A stretch of DNA of 64,000 bases from Tricharina praecox (taxonomy: Eukaryota): assembly GCF_024521635.1 (NCBI RefSeq), contig NW_026250407.1, positions 868,001 through 932,000 of the forward strand, read 5' to 3'. This document shows positions 27,119-39,567 of this stretch, piece by piece. The notes under the pieces were generated by a model. It did not search any database and was not told the DNA's origin. It saw only the letters and a list, made by a program, of their open reading frames with translations. A program made the translations under genes and the position numbers. Position 1 is the first letter of the stretch. Each line of letters opens with the position of its first letter.

Positions 27119-28012
27119 TGCTGTCTTTGCTGATCTGGCTGACCGTAAGAAAAGCCGGTGGTACGTGTGCCAGTAGTGTATGTGGGACCAATGTATCCGA
27201 TTGTGATGTGGGATAGCGGTGATATTTGCTCGCTGAGCGGGTTGACTGTGAAATTTGGGAAGGAAGGAAGATTCAGGTAGAAGAAATTCTGTTAAATCCG
27301 TTAATAAAGACTTCAACTGAATGAATAGGGCCGAGTATCGAGCGGTAACCGCGGAGGACGTGGCTTATATCCCAAGTATTCTGATGTCGCAATACCTCAG
27401 ACTGATGCCGTTGGATTGCGTGATGCAGGGCGGACAAGGCACATCCCCCAGCGTACAAACAAGAAAAATCGAGGACCCTAATATGTAAGTCGTTTCGCCG
27501 GTACCTGGCAGGTCCAGACAGGGCTATCAGGTCAAAAAAAAACGGCCTTTCATGCCGTGATCCAGGGTCGAATGAAGAAGCGAGACAGTGGGTATGCCGG
27601 GATTCCAAGAGGCCATGTAATTCCGAAGCTCCCGACAAATGAATTTTGAAGAAATAAAATGCCATCACGGGCTGAGACGGCGAAGTTGCGTCTTGTGGTA
27701 TGTAGGAGGAATGAGTGATAGCTGTCGCTATTGTCATTGTCATTGTGAACTTTAAACTCCACGTAGACACCACGCTGGTCTCGGAACAGCTGACACAATT
27801 GAATTGTGCCGTAACAGATTCTGTAGCGATTCTAATATGTAGGACAAGTATTATACAAGAGCTGAGAGTAAACTGCACCCCATCAGCGACCACACACGTG
27901 GATTTTGTTTGGTGGAACGAACCTTATATGCATGCCCGCTTTCAAACACCCATCTAACCAACAAGCGAATCCACGCGGCTTCCCCCTCGCTATCATGAAC
28001 TCCCCCTCGCTA

Positions 28013-28706
28013 TCATGAACTCCCCCTCGCTTCCCTCCAAGAATTCAACACCTCCTGCCAGTTCTCACCGCTTTCGCCACAGCGCTCATTAACAATCCTC
28101 CACGTGCGCTCCCTCACAATGGACTCTACCATCCTCTCATTCCTCACAACGCCAGCAAGTATCTCCGTTCTCGTCTCCCTCGGGAAAAACCTCCCAGAGT
28201 ACGGATCCAGCCTTTCATTAACAATCCTCTCCCGATCCGCCGCCTTCTCGGCGAGTATATCCGGATCATCGGGGTCGTCTGATGTAGCGACGGACGCGCA
28301 GTAGTTCAGCACGTCAGAGCGGCTCTGCCACGAGGGCAACAGTACGTTGTATGTGAACGAGACACATTTCCCCGGGTCGAGTGTCCGTGACACTGGTGGA
28401 GATGCGCGGTTTGCGGTCGACGAGGGGTTGAATCTGTGGCTAGCTGGAGTGGATAACGCGTTTAGGTTTTGGCTGATGGTATCATCTATCGTGGAGCGGG
28501 AGGCGCGGAGGAAATCTACTCCGGGTGGCGGGAGCATCAGCTAAAGAATTACTTGCACACCGGAGGCGAGCGAGACAGACTCGGGACGTCCCCGCCGGAG
28601 GAGAGGCTGCATCCGTTTGATTGTTCTAACCTTTCAGTGCGCTGGTCGAGAAGCAGAATTGTGGCGTGAGAGGCGGGTGGTCGAAACGATTCGGAGAGTT
28701 GCTCAT
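28013..28706 (-). CDS. MIX23: Mix23 / caffeine-induced death protein 2 family (mitochondrial intermembrane space)
   Basis: PPLTPQFCFSTSALK-DFLRASRSTIDDTISQNLNAL, W.SRSDVLNYC, RLDPYSGR, VESIVRERTW. One intron. Confidence 0.88.
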
Positions 28707-29045
28707 GGCGGGCGGATAGCGAGGAAGGTTCAAAGGCAACTGGTCTATGTAAAAGCGGGTGCAAAGAAAGAAAGAAACTGTAGTGGTGGTCAATATGGTG
28801 AGGAGATTCTTCTGGAATGAAGCAGTGGTACTCACATCTGCAATACCAAATTCGAACTGAAGTCAGGCGAGTGAAGTCAGCGGCCACGGAAATGTGAAGT
28901 GATGAAAGCAATGACATCGTTGCCAAGCTCCCGCGCTAACTCGACAAAGCTTCTAGCTCGGCAGAGAAGCTCATCTGCATAAAACGGAACACCAACAACA
29001 CCTCGTGCAGCAATACCATTCGAAGTACCTATTCACCTCAACAAT

Positions 29046-30381
29046 ATGCCCGAGATTGGAGAAGTTGCCCGTATTGTCGGTCGTTTGCGCACTCATCTCG
29101 TCGGACGGACAATCACTTCTGTTCAGGCCCAGCACGATCCAATCGTCTTCAAGGATACCACCGAACAAAGGTTTGTGAGCGAGCTTGAGGGACAAACTGT
29201 TCAGGCGGCGAAGCAATGGGGCAAATATTTTTGGTTGGTGCCCCTTCTCACTGATGGCAAACATCGTACTAACACGGTTCCAAGGCTTGTAATGTCAAAA
29301 CCCCCACATGTATTAATGCATTTGGGTAATCACTCTATTCATCTCAGTCAAACCAACTAGGTACTGATTGCTCCATTCAGGTATGACGGGCTGGATTCAC
29401 ATCAAGGACGACCCTCTCTCGCACTATCGCACAAAGACAGGAGAGCCGAGATGGCCGCCGCGATACCACAAGTTCATCTTCAAACTCCAAGATTCCACCA
29501 ACGAGATCGCATTCGTCGATGCGCGGCGGCTGGCTCGGATACGGCTCATTGATCACGCCAATGGCGATCTACGTAACGTATCGCCACTCAAGGAAAATGG
29601 ACCCGATCCGGTGCAGGAACCCCCAACGCTGGAATGGTTGAAGACGCATCTTGCGGCGAGGAAGGTTCCAGTGAAAGCGTGGTTGCTGGATCAGAGTGCG
29701 ATTGCGGGTATTGGGAATTGGGTTGCGTATGTGAATCCCCCGGTTTGACTGGCAATCCCCGAACTGAGCCTGGATAGAGATGAGATCCTTTACCAATCCC
29801 GCCTACATCCCGAAAGCTATACCCACAACCTCCAGGAGTCCGACGTGGCGGATATGCACAAAGCATTGCTGTTCGTGACGAAGACGGCAGTGGAAACGGA
29901 TGCTGATAGCTCCAAGTTTCCAAAGGATTGGCTAATGCTGCACCGCTGGGGCAAGGGGAAAAAGGGAGAGGATGCCAACAAGCTACCCAACGGAGACCAG
30001 GTCGAGTTCCTCAAGGTTGGCGGTAGGACGAGCGCCTTTGTGAGGAAGTTGCAACGCAAGGTGGGGCCAGTCGCCAGTGAGGATGGTGCTCCAAAGCGCC
30101 AGGCCAAGCGGAAGCGAGTAAAGCAAGAGGAGGAGGAAGAAAGTGGAGGGGGAGCCGTGAAGGAAGAAGTGGAGGATGAGTCCGAGTTTGAGGTAAAGCC
30201 CATGAAGAAAGGCCGTGTCAAGAAAACGGTGGAGGTGAGACCCAATCCGAGGCAGACGAAGACCGAAGTCACCGAGGAACTACCCGACGGCCACGAGCCT
30301 ACCGAGATCAAATCCGAAGTCGAAGGACCGCACGAAGGTCACCGACTACGGCCCCGGAGAAAAAATCTTGCCGCACAATAG
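29046..30381 (+). CDS. Formamidopyrimidine-DNA glycosylase (Fpg/MutM, fungal/plant zincless-finger type, multi-exon)
   Basis: Catalytic N-terminus MPEIGEV, GKYFW, HLGMTGW, H2TH motif LLDQSAIAGIGNWVA-DEILY, VGGRTSAFV with no Zn-finger cysteines. Confidence 0.93.
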
Positions 30382-30481
30382 CTTGTATCACGCCCTTGAT
30401 TTGTATGTAGCAAGCATAGGTATCTGCCCAGCGCTCGCATCGCAAAGCTACTATAGATCTCAATATTTACATACATCATAT

Positions 30482-32178
30482 TTACACAAACCCATACCGC
30501 CACCACTTAGAAACACTGCCGCTTTTCCACCGATTTACGATGCCCACACCATTTAGGGAATCCTCGCTCACTTGCTCACTGGGGCTTTCTCCGTCTCCCT
30601 TCTCCGATACCATTTTAACTGCCGTGTTTTCCCTTTCCTTACGATCGTTGTCCCCCATCTTCCACGCCCGTACCAGCCACATGCTCCCCGTGGCGACGAT
30701 GTACATTATCGCGGCGAAGATTTGGGGGTAGAGGTATTGATTCTTCAGGTCGGGGCGTCGAAGATACAACGCGATTGCTTCGGAGAAGGTGGTCGGCAGC
30801 ACGACTGACAGCCACACCAAACTAAGCGCACTGGGCAGATCTTTGAGACCAACCACCTCGACACTGGAGCGTTACGTTAGTATCCGGTACATATAAATCC
30901 ACAGGAACAGGAGGGTGTACAAACCACACGGGAGCAATGGTTGTCCAAAAAGTGCCACAGACAGCACCATTGACAAGCGCAAAGAAAACCGCCAGGCCAA
31001 AAGTTTCCGCCGGCAACCAAAACGCAAGGCAACTCAGCCCAGTCACCAGAGTCATCGCCGCACTGATATTGATCCTCCCATACTCGTCACTAGCGAGTCC
31101 CACCAACGGGCGTCCAAACGCCATGCTCAAGTTCAGCAGGGCACCGAGTACACTCCCCTGGACCGCCGAGAAGCCGCGGGATCTCGCAAAATCGGGCAGC
31201 GAAAACAAAATCACCACGTATCCGAGCATACTGAAAAAGCCCCAGCTCAGCACTAGCAGGAACTCATATCTCTTCAGCAGTCCGAAATCGAAAGCCCGTT
31301 GGTTCGGATTCACGTGCTTATTCCTGTCGCGCGTGAGGAACGTACAGATGGCATTGTTGACCAGAGTAACGCATGCCACGATCCGGAATGCCCACGGGCG
31401 GCCCATGTTGCTGATTATCGCGCGAATGGAGAGGGAGAATACGAGGCCGCCGATGCCGCTGCCCGCCGCGGTGATGCCGGTTGCTACGCTGCGCTTTTTG
31501 GCGAACCATTGAGAGACCACCCCCACGCTGCCGGTGAAGAGGAACCCCATCCCCAGTCCAAAACAGACGCCTTGGGACAGGAAGAGGTGCCAGATCTTGG
31601 TCGAGAATGAAGCGGCGATGAGGCCACCGGTTTGGAGTACTATGCCGGCTGTCATGACTTTACGTGTAGACGTCTTACGGAGAAGGGTTGTTGCCAATGG
31701 TCCGATTATCATGGAAGAGGAAATGGAGAGACCGCCTATGAAGGCGTATTGTAACGGCGTGGCACCCGGGAATGCATCATCGGCGAGATAGTGGGCAAGA
31801 TAGACTCCATACGACTATTATTGCTGTGTCAATAAGTTGCAATCCCACGGAAGGTATCATGGAGTTGAACCAACCGAATTGACACCCCAGGTACAGCTAT
31901 TAATCTTCAGCCCAGTCAGCCCGAGTCCACGGCAGAGCTCTGGTTATAGAGCAAGGTAAACAAGCAAAACTCACCATAAATCCACACGCAACACAAACCC
32001 AGCCGTACCCACCGTCCGGCGGAATATCAACACCGATCTCGATTGTTGCCGGCATGCCTGGAGCGTCGGAAGGGATCTGTCCCAGGTCAAGGTCGCGATG
32101 GTGCTCGTCGATGGCACTGTAGTCGTCCACAAACTTGTCGTCACCGCGAGAAGATCTTTCCAGTGTGATGTCGGCCAT
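30482..32178 (-). CDS. MFS monocarboxylate-porter family transporter (Mch-like, multi-exon)
   Basis: PPDGGYGWVCV, TWGVNSSYGV, QGVCFGLGMG, QWFAKKRSVATGITAAGSGIGG and multiple hydrophobic helices. Confidence 0.9.
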
Positions 32179-33168
32179 TTTGTGGCTATGGTTCGGTGAC
32201 TCCGTGAGGGTGTCGCAAATATGGGAGCAGGTACTTGGTGCTCCAGTCAGTACAATGGATGATGCAGTCCGCAAGTATTATCCTCCCAGAGCTCGATGCC
32301 ATGGCTGCAAGCTCGTAGCCATGGGCAGTGGAGTCCAAGGTCACGTCTGTGCGGCCCCACCCCGGAACGAAGCCGTTGGGTTTGTCATGGAACCGGAGAA
32401 GACCGAGGAAACAGCACGTCGCCACCCAATTCAATCAAATCACGTACCTCACTCGCACTGTCTTCACAAACTTGGTGTTGGAATATAGCTGAAGAACTGA
32501 CAGTTGAATTGGACGAAAGGATAAAAAGTTTCTACTTTTTGGGGGGGGAACAGGGGTCCGTGGTCCGTGGTTCGTGGTATATAAACAAAGAATAAAGCTT
32601 CACATGGAGAATGAAGCCTCAAACAGACACTGAAACCTGTACTACGCTGGGTAGTACTAAAATGGGCAAGTAGACGCGTAATAAAACGACACTTGAGGGG
32701 TGGGGGAAAACACACACGCGACTTCAAGACAAGACAAGAGCTCACTCAGTCACCACGAGAAGAAAAGAAAAAAGTCAACTGCAGTTATGACTCCAAAGAA
32801 CACACCCCATCTTAAATCTAGCCACCGACGGCTCGCGCCGTTACTCTAGTTAGGTGCGCACCAAAAAGTTCCAACAGTCTTCCGTGCTCCGTCCTGGCGC
32901 GCTGGGGTAAGCGCCATCCACAGCTGCAGACAACTTCTACCGGACAGCCGAGAGCAGAGCGGATCTAAGATGTGGGGAATTGTATGGGGTGCATCCAAAC
33001 GTAAATACTCGCGAATACGAATTGGTATGTACAGGTGCCTACACGGAAACCGGTGCTCTGGCACATGGGGAAAACGTGTGGTTGCTGCACGAATCGGAGC
33101 TCGCCCGCAAGCGAATCAGGAATGGGGTTGGAATGTTGATATACACCTTATATAGAGGAGTTCTTATG

Positions 33169-33301
33169 CAATGGCGATTCTGGCTCCTGGAAAGTTGAAA
33201 CGTCGGTTACTATTACCTAGAGCATCGTTTGATTACAATGGCGATTCTGGCTCCTGAAAAGTTGAAACGTCGTTTACTATTACCTAGAGCATCTGGATTA
33301 C
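33169..33301. repeat. 67-bp tandem duplication (2 near-identical copies)
   Basis: CAATGGCGATTCTGGCTCCTGRAAAGTTGAAACGTCGKTTACTATTACCTAGAGCATC starts at 33169 and again at 33236. Confidence 0.9.
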
Positions 33302-33711
33302 CTCCGTATATGCAACTGCAAGTCTGCAACTACCGTACCTACGGGTCAGTCCCGACTCCCTTGCGTAGGTAGGTAGGGGTGTAGAAACACCCCCGTTGAA
33401 AGGAGGTCCCCGCAAAACCCGGGTTTTTCCCGGAATTAATCAACAGCGGAGTTGCAAAATTTCGATCGGCAACGACGACGGAGTTGGATGTCCGTCGTCG
33501 GTGAGAGGACTCGCAGCTTAACTGCGGGGCTAGTTAAGGAACAGCGTAAAACGTCAATGCCAATCACAGGCCATCACCCGTTCCCTTCCTCTTGGAAGCC
33601 AATAATTCAAGTTCACACCAGGTCGTATGCCTTCTCTCTCTCTTTCACCCCAGGTACATAGGGTTAGTGAAATACTATTGTGCATAAAGTCTAAAATCAC
33701 AATTATGCTGT

Positions 33712-35977
33712 TCACGCTCGTGCTTTTTTCTTCATCATCTTCTTTTTACCCTTCATACTTCCCCTCGGCCGTGCCGTCTTATGTTGCAAGCCCTGTAGTC
33801 TTGCACCCTCCTCAAGAATCCTGTATGCACTCATTGTTTTCCTCTGCCCGATTCCCTTGCCCTCGGGCGTGAAGACTTCAACATCTACCGTCTGGTAGCC
33901 CCTATCCTGCCGGTTTCGTACCTGGGCAGTCAACTCGACCCAGCCGAGTCCCTCGAGCAGTATATCTGTTGCCAGAACTTTGTATGGCAGTTGGGCGACG
34001 GCCTCTGGCGACCTGTCGTCAAGCATTGGATTCCGCTTTGTCGTGACGTCGTCCGTCAGCGTGAAGACTCCCGCAGATTTGTAGACGGTGGGAAGGCCCT
34101 CGGTTGGCTCCACGGCCACTTTATCAGACGCCCAGTCTTCAGCCATTTCAAAGTCCTCGCGTTTCGACACTATTTCATCATCGCTGCGTGGGGCGAGCGT
34201 TTCATCAATGGGTCGTATGCCAGTGGTTGCCGGGTCTTGGTACATATTGTCCCGGTACTGGATTCCATTCTCGGGATTCGGGTTGTTCATAAATCGAATG
34301 CATTTACTGGTGGCTGAGACGTGTACGGGGAGTGTGGTGAAGGGGTTGACCAACACGACCGCATGTGGAGACAGAGGGGTTATCATTATGAGACCGCCGA
34401 TGAGCAATGATTGACCTGTGAGCGGATGTCAGCGGGATATGTTGCAAATGACCAAAATGAAACATACCTGGCCTTATGCTGTACTGCTGTGGCTTGACCC
34501 TCTCCCTCATCACCAAAAACCTATGCTTCTTTGGCCGCACATATTTCATGAGGCCCGTCTCTTTAAACCCGACCCATCTCTCGAATCCAGGCAGATCCAC
34601 CACTTCTCCTTGCAGCTTCCCTCCTCTGCCCGCAGATTTGTACGAGACACGGATAGGCGCCGCCGTTGTTCCGGGGACTTCTGATACTGTCGGGGCTACG
34701 TGTGGCGCTGCTCTCTTTCCTGAGTGATGTGCTCGGGCTTGGTTCAAGATTCTATCCAGTTCCCCTTCCTCTACATCCCTAGGATCTGGCAGGTTCCACG
34801 AGCTGTCTTCCGCGGGCAGGATCTCAAACTCCGCAGCATCTTCCAGCGACACAGGCCGCAACTCGCCGCTCATGGGCCAGATATCCCGCAAGAGACTGGA
34901 CTTGCCAACGTTGACCGCGCCGGCAAACCAGACTCCACCTCTCCGTGCCGAGATCTCCTCCTTGAGCTCGCCGATATCCCATCCCACGCGCGTCGAGATG
35001 GCATGCAGCCTCGTTCCGGAATAGACACTGCCCTCGATCTTCTCATCTGGCGGCAGAACGTCCCGGATGACCGACTTGAAGTACGACATGAGCGAGGTAA
35101 TCTGTTCCCGCTGCGGCATGAGGACGTCGCACCGGGTGATGAGGTATGAAATAGTCAAGTTCCGAGTGATCTTCTTCGGCAGCGTTTTGTAGAGGTGGTT
35201 TCGCAGGTCGGTGCGCAGTGACATGGGGAAGTCCGCCGCGTCGACGAGGTGGTAGATGTGGTTGTGCTCGTGGCCCGAGTTCAGGATCAGCGACGATAGG
35301 GTGTGAAGCGTCGGGTATGCTGGCAGCGACGGCCCGTGGTGGTTATACTTAAGGTGGTGACAGCGATCACAAACCGGCGGCAGCAGCGCAGTACCAGAGC
35401 CATTCTCGGCCCCTTCTCTTCCGGAGGTGGTGTTCTCAAGCGCCTCCGACCCATCCTCTTCTGTGATTCCCAGCTGCTCCAGCAAATTCGGATTCCCCTC
35501 AGCGCGCTTCAGCGCTTCCTTCCACACCGCGTCTTCGTTTACAGCCTTTATCGTCTCGACCGTACGCAATCGCTTCTCTGGCTTCTCTGGATACCACCCC
35601 GGGAGGCTGCGGTCGATCTGCTGGCTCGGTGCGCCGCAGCCGGGACATTGCGGCGGCGGAATGAATTTCTGTGGTGGCTGTTGCGCGGGGCCTTTCACTT
35701 TCACAGGTCTGGTGGTTATCGGGGTTCGTTTTAGTGTCGGTAGTGGTGGGGGCTGTGTCGGCGGCGGTGGAGGTGGTGGTGGTGGGGCTGGTGGTGATGG
35801 TGGTGGGGCTGGTGGTGATGGTGGTGACGGTGGTGGTGCAGATGTACCTTGATCGGATTGATATCGTTGAAGCGCCGGAATTGGCTGCCGCAGGTACCGT
35901 AGTGGTGGGCAGCGGCAATTCCAAAGCACCGAGGACCTCTGGAGCCTTTGCAGGTGAAAAGCCGACCTTGAAGCCAT
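33712..35977 (-). CDS. GEP3: Mitochondrial YqeH/NOA1-like GTPase (genetic interactor of prohibitins 3), 2 exons
   Basis: Presequence, CPGCG and CDRCH Zn knuckles, DAADFPMSL, G1 GAVNVGKSS, PGTT, DLPG. Intron ~34417-34467. Confidence 0.9.
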
Positions 35978-36199
35978 TGCTGTGGTGTTGCCCGGTGGTT
36001 TCGGTGAAGGTTTGGGAAATTGCAGGCGGCTCTGTAAAATTTTGGACCTAAACCCGGTGACCGGATTAACTAATTATCCGACGGTGCTCCCCGAGCCGTG
36101 AGAAGAATTGGGTCGATCGGGTCTTCCGGGTACTCAATGCACTTGAAATATCCCACTGCGCGTCTTCCTTCGATACCTCGGCCTCACCCAAGTAAATCA

Positions 36200-36340
36200 A
36201 TGGAAAGCAAAATCAAAAATTGCGACGCCAAAAGATCCGAAAACCTTTCGCAGAGACGGAAATCCTCGGTGTGCAATGAGGATATCGTCTCTGGAGCCTA
36301 GCTGCGTTATGAGCCAGCCGGGTCGCATCAAGGTAAGTAT
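36200..36340 (-). ncRNA. U1 spliceosomal snRNA
   Basis: Minus strand begins ATACTTACCT (5' splice-site pairing). Helix H TGCGAC/GTCGCA. SL1 CCGGCTG/CAGCTAGG. SL2 CAGAGACG..ATCCTC-ATTGCACACC-GAGGAT..CGTCTCTG (U1A loop). SL3 with a UUCG loop. Sm site AATTTTTG at 36221-36214. The 3' end is approximate. Confidence 0.93.
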
Positions 36341-36374
36341 GAAGAAGAAGAGCAGAGATGGGAGGGGGGTGGGG

Positions 36375-36382
36375 TTTTTATA
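36375..36382 (-). promoter_or_regulatory. TATA box of the U1 snRNA gene
   Basis: TATAAAAA on the minus strand 35-42 nt upstream of the U1 5' end. Confidence 0.65.
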
Positions 36383-36744
36383 GGTGTTCAGGAGGGCTTG
36401 GAATTGATGTCTGGGGCGTGATCGAGTGCGAATGCATGATTAGCTGGAAGTCCCTACCGACAAGTCTTAGAATATCCTCACAGATCTACGTCCAAATATG
36501 GCACATTTTGTAGAAATTCCTAGTGAAAGCAAAGTTATGCATACAGGAGTGATGGCTTGTGAAAGGGCGGTGGCTCAATCACCACTCCCCCGAGTACACC
36601 GTACATAAGCTATCCCGCAGGGGAATAATGAAGATGAATGTTATTGTTATTAACTCTTACATCCGAGCACCTACCCTTTTCCCTCTGGCGCTACTGGAAT
36701 TCCCCATCAGCCCTTCGCCTCACTACTGTGGCGGCAACGGCGTC

Positions 36745-38268
36745 CTACTTCAACTCACAAAACGCCCTAAATGCAACCAATCCCTCTTCTGCGGCCTCGA
36801 GCTCCAACAGCGCTGTTGAGCCCACAAAGAACACCAAGCCCTGGTGAATGTTTTGTTTCTTTGGACCGACCGCAATGCTTCCACTTCCCTCGGTGATAAT
36901 GACGATACTCGGTCCCTCCACGCCATCGAACTCCTCCTTGGCGCCGGCCTTCAGCTCCGTCTTCACGACCGCAAACTCGTCGATCGGAGGGTCGTACAGC
37001 ACACTTGTGCCCTGTTGTCCGTGCGACTTTGCCCAAGGCGTGGGCTTCATCTTCTGCTCCTCGATAGGAGCGTAGTTGTACGTCAACATCTCGACCAAGT
37101 TCTTGACATCCTTGAACTTCGGCGTGAATCCTGCGCGCACTACGTTGTCGGAGGCCGCCATGCACTCGATGATGTCACCGCTCAGGTACGCGTGCGGGTC
37201 ATTTGCGCGGAGGAAGATCGCCTCGCCGGGTTGGAGGGTGATGTAGTTCAGGAAAAGAGAGCAGAACAGACCGATGTCCTCGGGGAACTCCTTGTTCAGC
37301 CGGACGATCAGGTCTCCCATGACCTTTCCTCCATGTTCGGGGCCACCAAAGGCAGCAGGGTCGCGTTCGGCGGACTGGGCCATGGAGCGGGTCAGAGGCT
37401 TGAACTTGTCCTCGGGCGCGGTCATAAGGGTGGTGAAAAGGGACTTGAGAGCAGCCTTCTTTTCATCGGTAGGAGAAGAGGATGACGCCACAGAAATGAA
37501 CGAATCCGCCTCCGATGCGCCAACGAGATCCCGCAGCTCCGATACGTGCTGCAAGAAGCTCGCGATCTGCTCCAGGGGACGGAAACCACAGAAACCATCA
37601 AAGGGCGTCACCGCTATCGTCATCTCGGGCTTGTGGTTGTCATCTGCCGTATGTCAGCCTGGTGGTCAGCACGGGGGTCCCCGGGCCGAGACATACCAGG
37701 GTAGTTCTTCGGGTCGTCCCTGTGCAGCCTCTCGGCCAACTTCTTGTCCGGATGCGCCTGGATACTGAGCGCTTTCTGGATGCTGAGAACCTTGAAGAGA
37801 AACGGCAGCTTCTCTCCGTACCGCTCCGCGACACTTGTCGATAGCAGCATCTGGTTCTCGCTCACCAGATCGAGTAGTGTTCGCCCGGTGCTGACATCGC
37901 GCGAGGGGTTCGACGGGTGCGTGCCCATCCACAGCTAGTCGGATACGTCAACATATGGCAGTCCTGGGTGGTGCGACATGTTGTTTATCCCCGGAGGGAT
38001 GCGGTGCGGGTGCTAGGAGGACGGGAGCAGCGGGATGTACCTCAGCATATGGCTTCCCCTCCTCGATCTCAAAGTTGCTCTCCTTCGTTGCGGCGGCGAA
38101 TTTTGCGGCCGCAGAGTCGCTGCCAATTTTCCCCCAGTCGTACGAATTGGTTCCTGCCCATTCACTCCAGTGTCAGCCTAGGTGGTTTAGGAAGAGCTCA
38201 GGGGCGTGATGCGTGGGGGCCATAGGGTGAGTACCGCATTGGAGCTGGTAAAGCGGTACTGGGAGCAT
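36745..38268 (-). CDS. PMI40: Mannose-6-phosphate isomerase, class I (multi-exon)
   Basis: [73 protein letters not shown]. Confidence 0.97.
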
Positions 38269-39567
38269 AGTGATTGTTTGCTTCGGTAGGTTCAATCGAG
38301 TGAAGATTTGTGTCGATGGAGAGGTGTCGATGCTGGGTGTTCGAGTTGGGTGTTCAAGTTGATGGTTTGGATGAGAGGGAGGTGAGGTGGAGCTAACCCC
38401 GCCCAGTGCCCCTCGCTGCCCCTCTATGGTAATCCAACTGCCACCTGCCTGGTTGGCGAGCTGCAGATCGTCCGACAGTTCGAGCCGTGATCACCTGCCA
38501 CCACTCATTCACCACTCGCCCAGCCCATGCTATATGGGGTTTGTATCGATGATTCGGCTAGATCAGTGGCTTCAGTTGCCCAAAATTTCCGATGGAATCT
38601 TCGCGGGTGCTGAGTTAAATGGAGCCTCGGGCATCAGAAGAGCTTATCTTCAAATTCTTCATGCTGCGCGCATCCAAAAGTTGTTTGAGGGGGTTGGTGT
38701 TTACACCGTGCAGCCTGAATTCGAGCTCGTGCCATGTCGCATTCCTATACTTGACCATTTAATTCCAGTTCCACACTGCGGAACGTGAGACCATCAGCAG
38801 GAAAATAAACACCGGTACTATATGAGCAGAATCACAAAGGCATCATACCGGCAATGATTCGAATACCTAGTCCGGTGCGAAACCCTTGATCTGTCCCAAC
38901 CTCATCTCTAGGACCATCAGCTGTAGAAAAGGTTCCCAGAAGTTCGCGACGTCAAATCCTGCCGCCCAGAAACGGGATCGTATCATAAGTTTATCCCACC
39001 GCCGCATGCAAAAATATCGTGAAACGCCTCCTCCGATACCCAGCGCCGATCAAATAGAGTAGAAGCCCTTATCCACGCCTGCAGCATGTGACCAGGGGTG
39101 TCGGGCAAGGGTTTGAGCGGCACGCATCTGACCTGGTCTTGGGCTCAGTGCTTCGCAACAGCCATCTCTCCTCCGAAGCAAAGATATCAATCAACCTCAA
39201 CGTCCCGGTGGTGCTGTCCATAGTTTACTCTACCTGCCTGTCGCACGTATCTCATATCCAACGGTCCACTCGAGCTGCCTCCACCCTTCGCAAGAGCTTC
39301 TACATAGTTCCTGCTCCTTTTTCTCGCTTGCACCTCGTACGCGTGTCTTTGGCATCTACAGCTGTTGATCTTGACTCTTTACGTGAACTCTGCTCTCGGT
39401 TCTGCTCACGTATTCTCTTGCTTCGGAACAAAGACTGCTTCATCTGTTCGATTCATTCCATATCCATATACGCCGTGACACCTCTGGTGATACCTGCGTC
39501 AACTTGCTTACCAAACTTGGCTATCCTCCATAGCTGACCGTCTCGATCACCGGAATTCGTGAATGCA

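Noticed and set aside
33400..33535. RNase MRP/P RNA (GGAGGTCCCCGC ... GCGGGGCTAG resembles the P4 helix with a bulged U)
   Set aside because: I found no P1/P2 closing helices, no GARAR P8 loop after CR-I and no clear CR-IV. Kept only as a generic structured-region finding.
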